This document shows positions 48,574 to 50,107 of a DNA stretch of 50,107 bases, piece after piece. The stretch lies in the sequence record SRR22947725_1630; one strand, 5' to 3'. Within the stretch, counting starts at the first letter, position 1, and the number at the start of each line of letters is the position of its first letter. The notes beneath the pieces were generated by a model, which worked only from the letters and a program-made list of their open reading frames with translations, was not told where the DNA came from and did not search any database. The position numbers and the translations under genes are program-made.

Positions 48574-49011
48574 TGACTTTATACTGCGGACTTAATCTAC
48601 CAGTCATAGCCCGCACAGCATCAATCTGGCTCATGCAGCCTTGGGGGTCAAGGCATGGGTTTGTTCTTTAATGCTTCATCTTTTTCACAAGAGTTAATGA
48701 TAAGACCGTTTGTGATGCCTATTTGGAGATGTTGAGCAAAATACCTCACCTGTAGAATGCCCAGAGATAATGCTTTTTCATTCCTATTCTCTCTGGCTGA
48801 GAGATGGCCACCTCGCTTGATCATCAGTTGCTTGACCTTTCTTTTCACTCGCCTTGTATGAAAGATTGAAGACAGCGGTAATGCACTGTTTAGACATGCC
48901 AGGGGATTTGCTCTGCTTCGTCTTCAAGGTTCTGGTGTCTTGCAGTAATCCTTTCGCAACTGAACGAACGGTCTTCCCTGCTCATGAGAGGCAAGTGATC
49001 ATGATTGAACC

Positions 49012-49258
49012 ATGAAACGCATTGGAATCCTTGCCGCTGGAGGCATATTCATCTTCGCAAGACGTATCCATTTTTTATGATTTCAGCAATCTCAAGCTCT
49101 TTATATCTGGTGGAGAGTATCTTCAGGCTATTTTTACTCATGCCATCGGACATGTTGATCTGGAACATCCGCAAGATACAACCTTTGTCGCCTGCAGCCT
49201 GTTGATGCCCTATCATTCGCTGAACACTGACCCGAACAGGCGGATTTGTCATCTGTAA
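49012..49258 (+). pseudogene. Possible degraded M48-type metallopeptidase fragment
   Basis: One frame gives LAAGGIFIF (cf. ALPGGxIFI). The next frame gives EYLQAIFTHAIGHVDLEH, with HExxH-x4-H spacing but the Glu lost. Confidence 0.3.
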
Positions 49259-49503
49259 CGAGCTTGTAAACGGTCTGGGAGACAGGGAGTCGCAAGAGGA
49301 GTGAACCCCTGTCTAGGATGATAAAAGAAACTCATTCAAGATATTTCGCGATCATGAAATCAATCCGATGGTCATGCTTCAACGCCTTCCATTCAGTTGA
49401 GGTAAGTGTTTTGGATACTCATGAGAAATTAACACATCGACAGCTGTGAGTCCCGGCAGTTACCTTCTGGGTCAAATGACATCCTTATTAAAATCCACCC
49501 CGC

Positions 49504-50107
49504 ATGAAGCCACGCCATAAACTCGCCGAATCCAAAACTCCTTCTGGAAACACCATCGGACTCTACGAACAGGATGGTGCTTATTCGATTAACATCGGAG
49601 GTCAGGAGCTCATGCACTCAAGAGCCAACGCTTCGGAATGCCTGTTGGGTTCGTTGGGCATGGCACGACTGAAAAAACAGGTGGCCTCGCGCGTGCTCAT
49701 TGGTGGGCTTGGATTGGGGTTCACACTCAGTAATGTGCTGAAGGTTGCGGAACCCCAGTCACGAGTCGAAGTCGTCGAGCTTTTTCCAGAGGTCATCGAA
49801 TGGAATCGAACCCACCTTCAGGCTTTGAATGGGAGTTTGCTCGATGATCCACGCGTCCAGATTAATGTGGCGGATGTGGTCTCAGTGATACGTAAGGCTC
49901 AACCCGAATCTTATGATGTGATTCTGTTGGATGTAGACAATGGACCCGTTGCGATGGTCGACAAAAATAATCGGTTTCTGTATTCAAAATCAGGGCTTGG
50001 TACGATCCGACACATACTGAGACCAGACGGGCGCGTGGTTTTCTGGTCAGCAGGGCCTGATGTCCATTTTGAGAGGCGTCTACAAAAGGCGGGTTTCCAG
50101 GTCAAGG
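49504..50107 (+). CDS. Spermidine-synthase-like SAM-dependent methyltransferase (runs off the window end)
   Basis: Not in the ORF track. Reads MKPRHKLAESKTPSG...GQELMHSRANASE...RVLIGGLGLGFTL...VEVVEL..EVIEWNR...DPRV...YDVILLDVDNGP...FWSA. Confidence 0.85.
   Translation, partial: MKPRHKLAESKTPSGNTIGLYEQDGAYSINIGGQELMHSRANASECLLGSLGMARLKKQVASRVLIGGLGLGFTLSNVLKVAEPQSRVEVVELFPEVIEWNRTHLQALNGSLLDDPRVQINVADVVSVIRKAQPESYDVILLDVDNGPVAMVDKNNRFLYSKSGLGTIRHILRPDGRVVFWSAGPDVHFERRLQKAGFQVK

Noticed and set aside
48648-48848. ORF with GGHLS...QVRYF faintly like a RAYT transposase C-terminus
   Set aside because: The spacing does not fit, no HUH motif is nearby, and no flanking REP array was seen.
49012-49080. 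MKRIGILAAGG resembling a phosphofructokinase N-terminus
   Set aside because: It stops after 22 codons and no further PFK motifs appear in any frame.
1-50107. CRISPR arrays, rRNA, known defence systems, and the many short antisense or nested ORFs in the track
   Set aside because: No regularly spaced direct repeats, rRNA-like sequence or cas/RM/TA motifs were seen by eye. The nested ORFs are shadows of well-supported genes.

Overview
This is a mostly housekeeping and catabolic chromosomal segment, about 50% GC by eye. Gene content suggests a PVC-superphylum bacterium, most likely Verrucomicrobiota (inference from the DUF1592/DUF1552 pair, the futalosine gene mqnD, folP-cdaA-cdaR synteny and BatA/VWA genes). 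In order it holds: the decayed 3' end of an IS5-family element; citrate synthase-sucCD; YggT; GH31, SGNH and DUF885 genes; a DUF1592(cytochrome c)-DUF1552-ankyrin operon; metG; ddpX; DUF6600; PhoD-like; a Tat hydrolase; an M28 peptidase; folP-cdaA-cdaR; pdxA; an esterase with a MacAB-like ABC exporter; and tRNA-Arg(ACG). The tRNA is followed by a ~3.6 kb decayed islet. It carries relics of a tyrosine integrase and a serine recombinase, neither properly shown in the ORF track, and a tandem pair of unrecognised Zn-ribbon/2-TM paralogues. Next is a tightly coupled minus-strand operon: mqnD-DUF58-BatA/VWA-Fe-type SBP-[ABC permease::NHL propeller fusion]-BatA/VWA/GATase. It lacks both the expected MoxR ATPase and an ABC ATPase. 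The window ends in a partial spermidine-synthase-like methyltransferase. The best candidates for something new are the VWA/SBP/permease-NHL operon and the paralogue pair in the tRNA islet. All calls come from motif recognition by eye; no searches were run.
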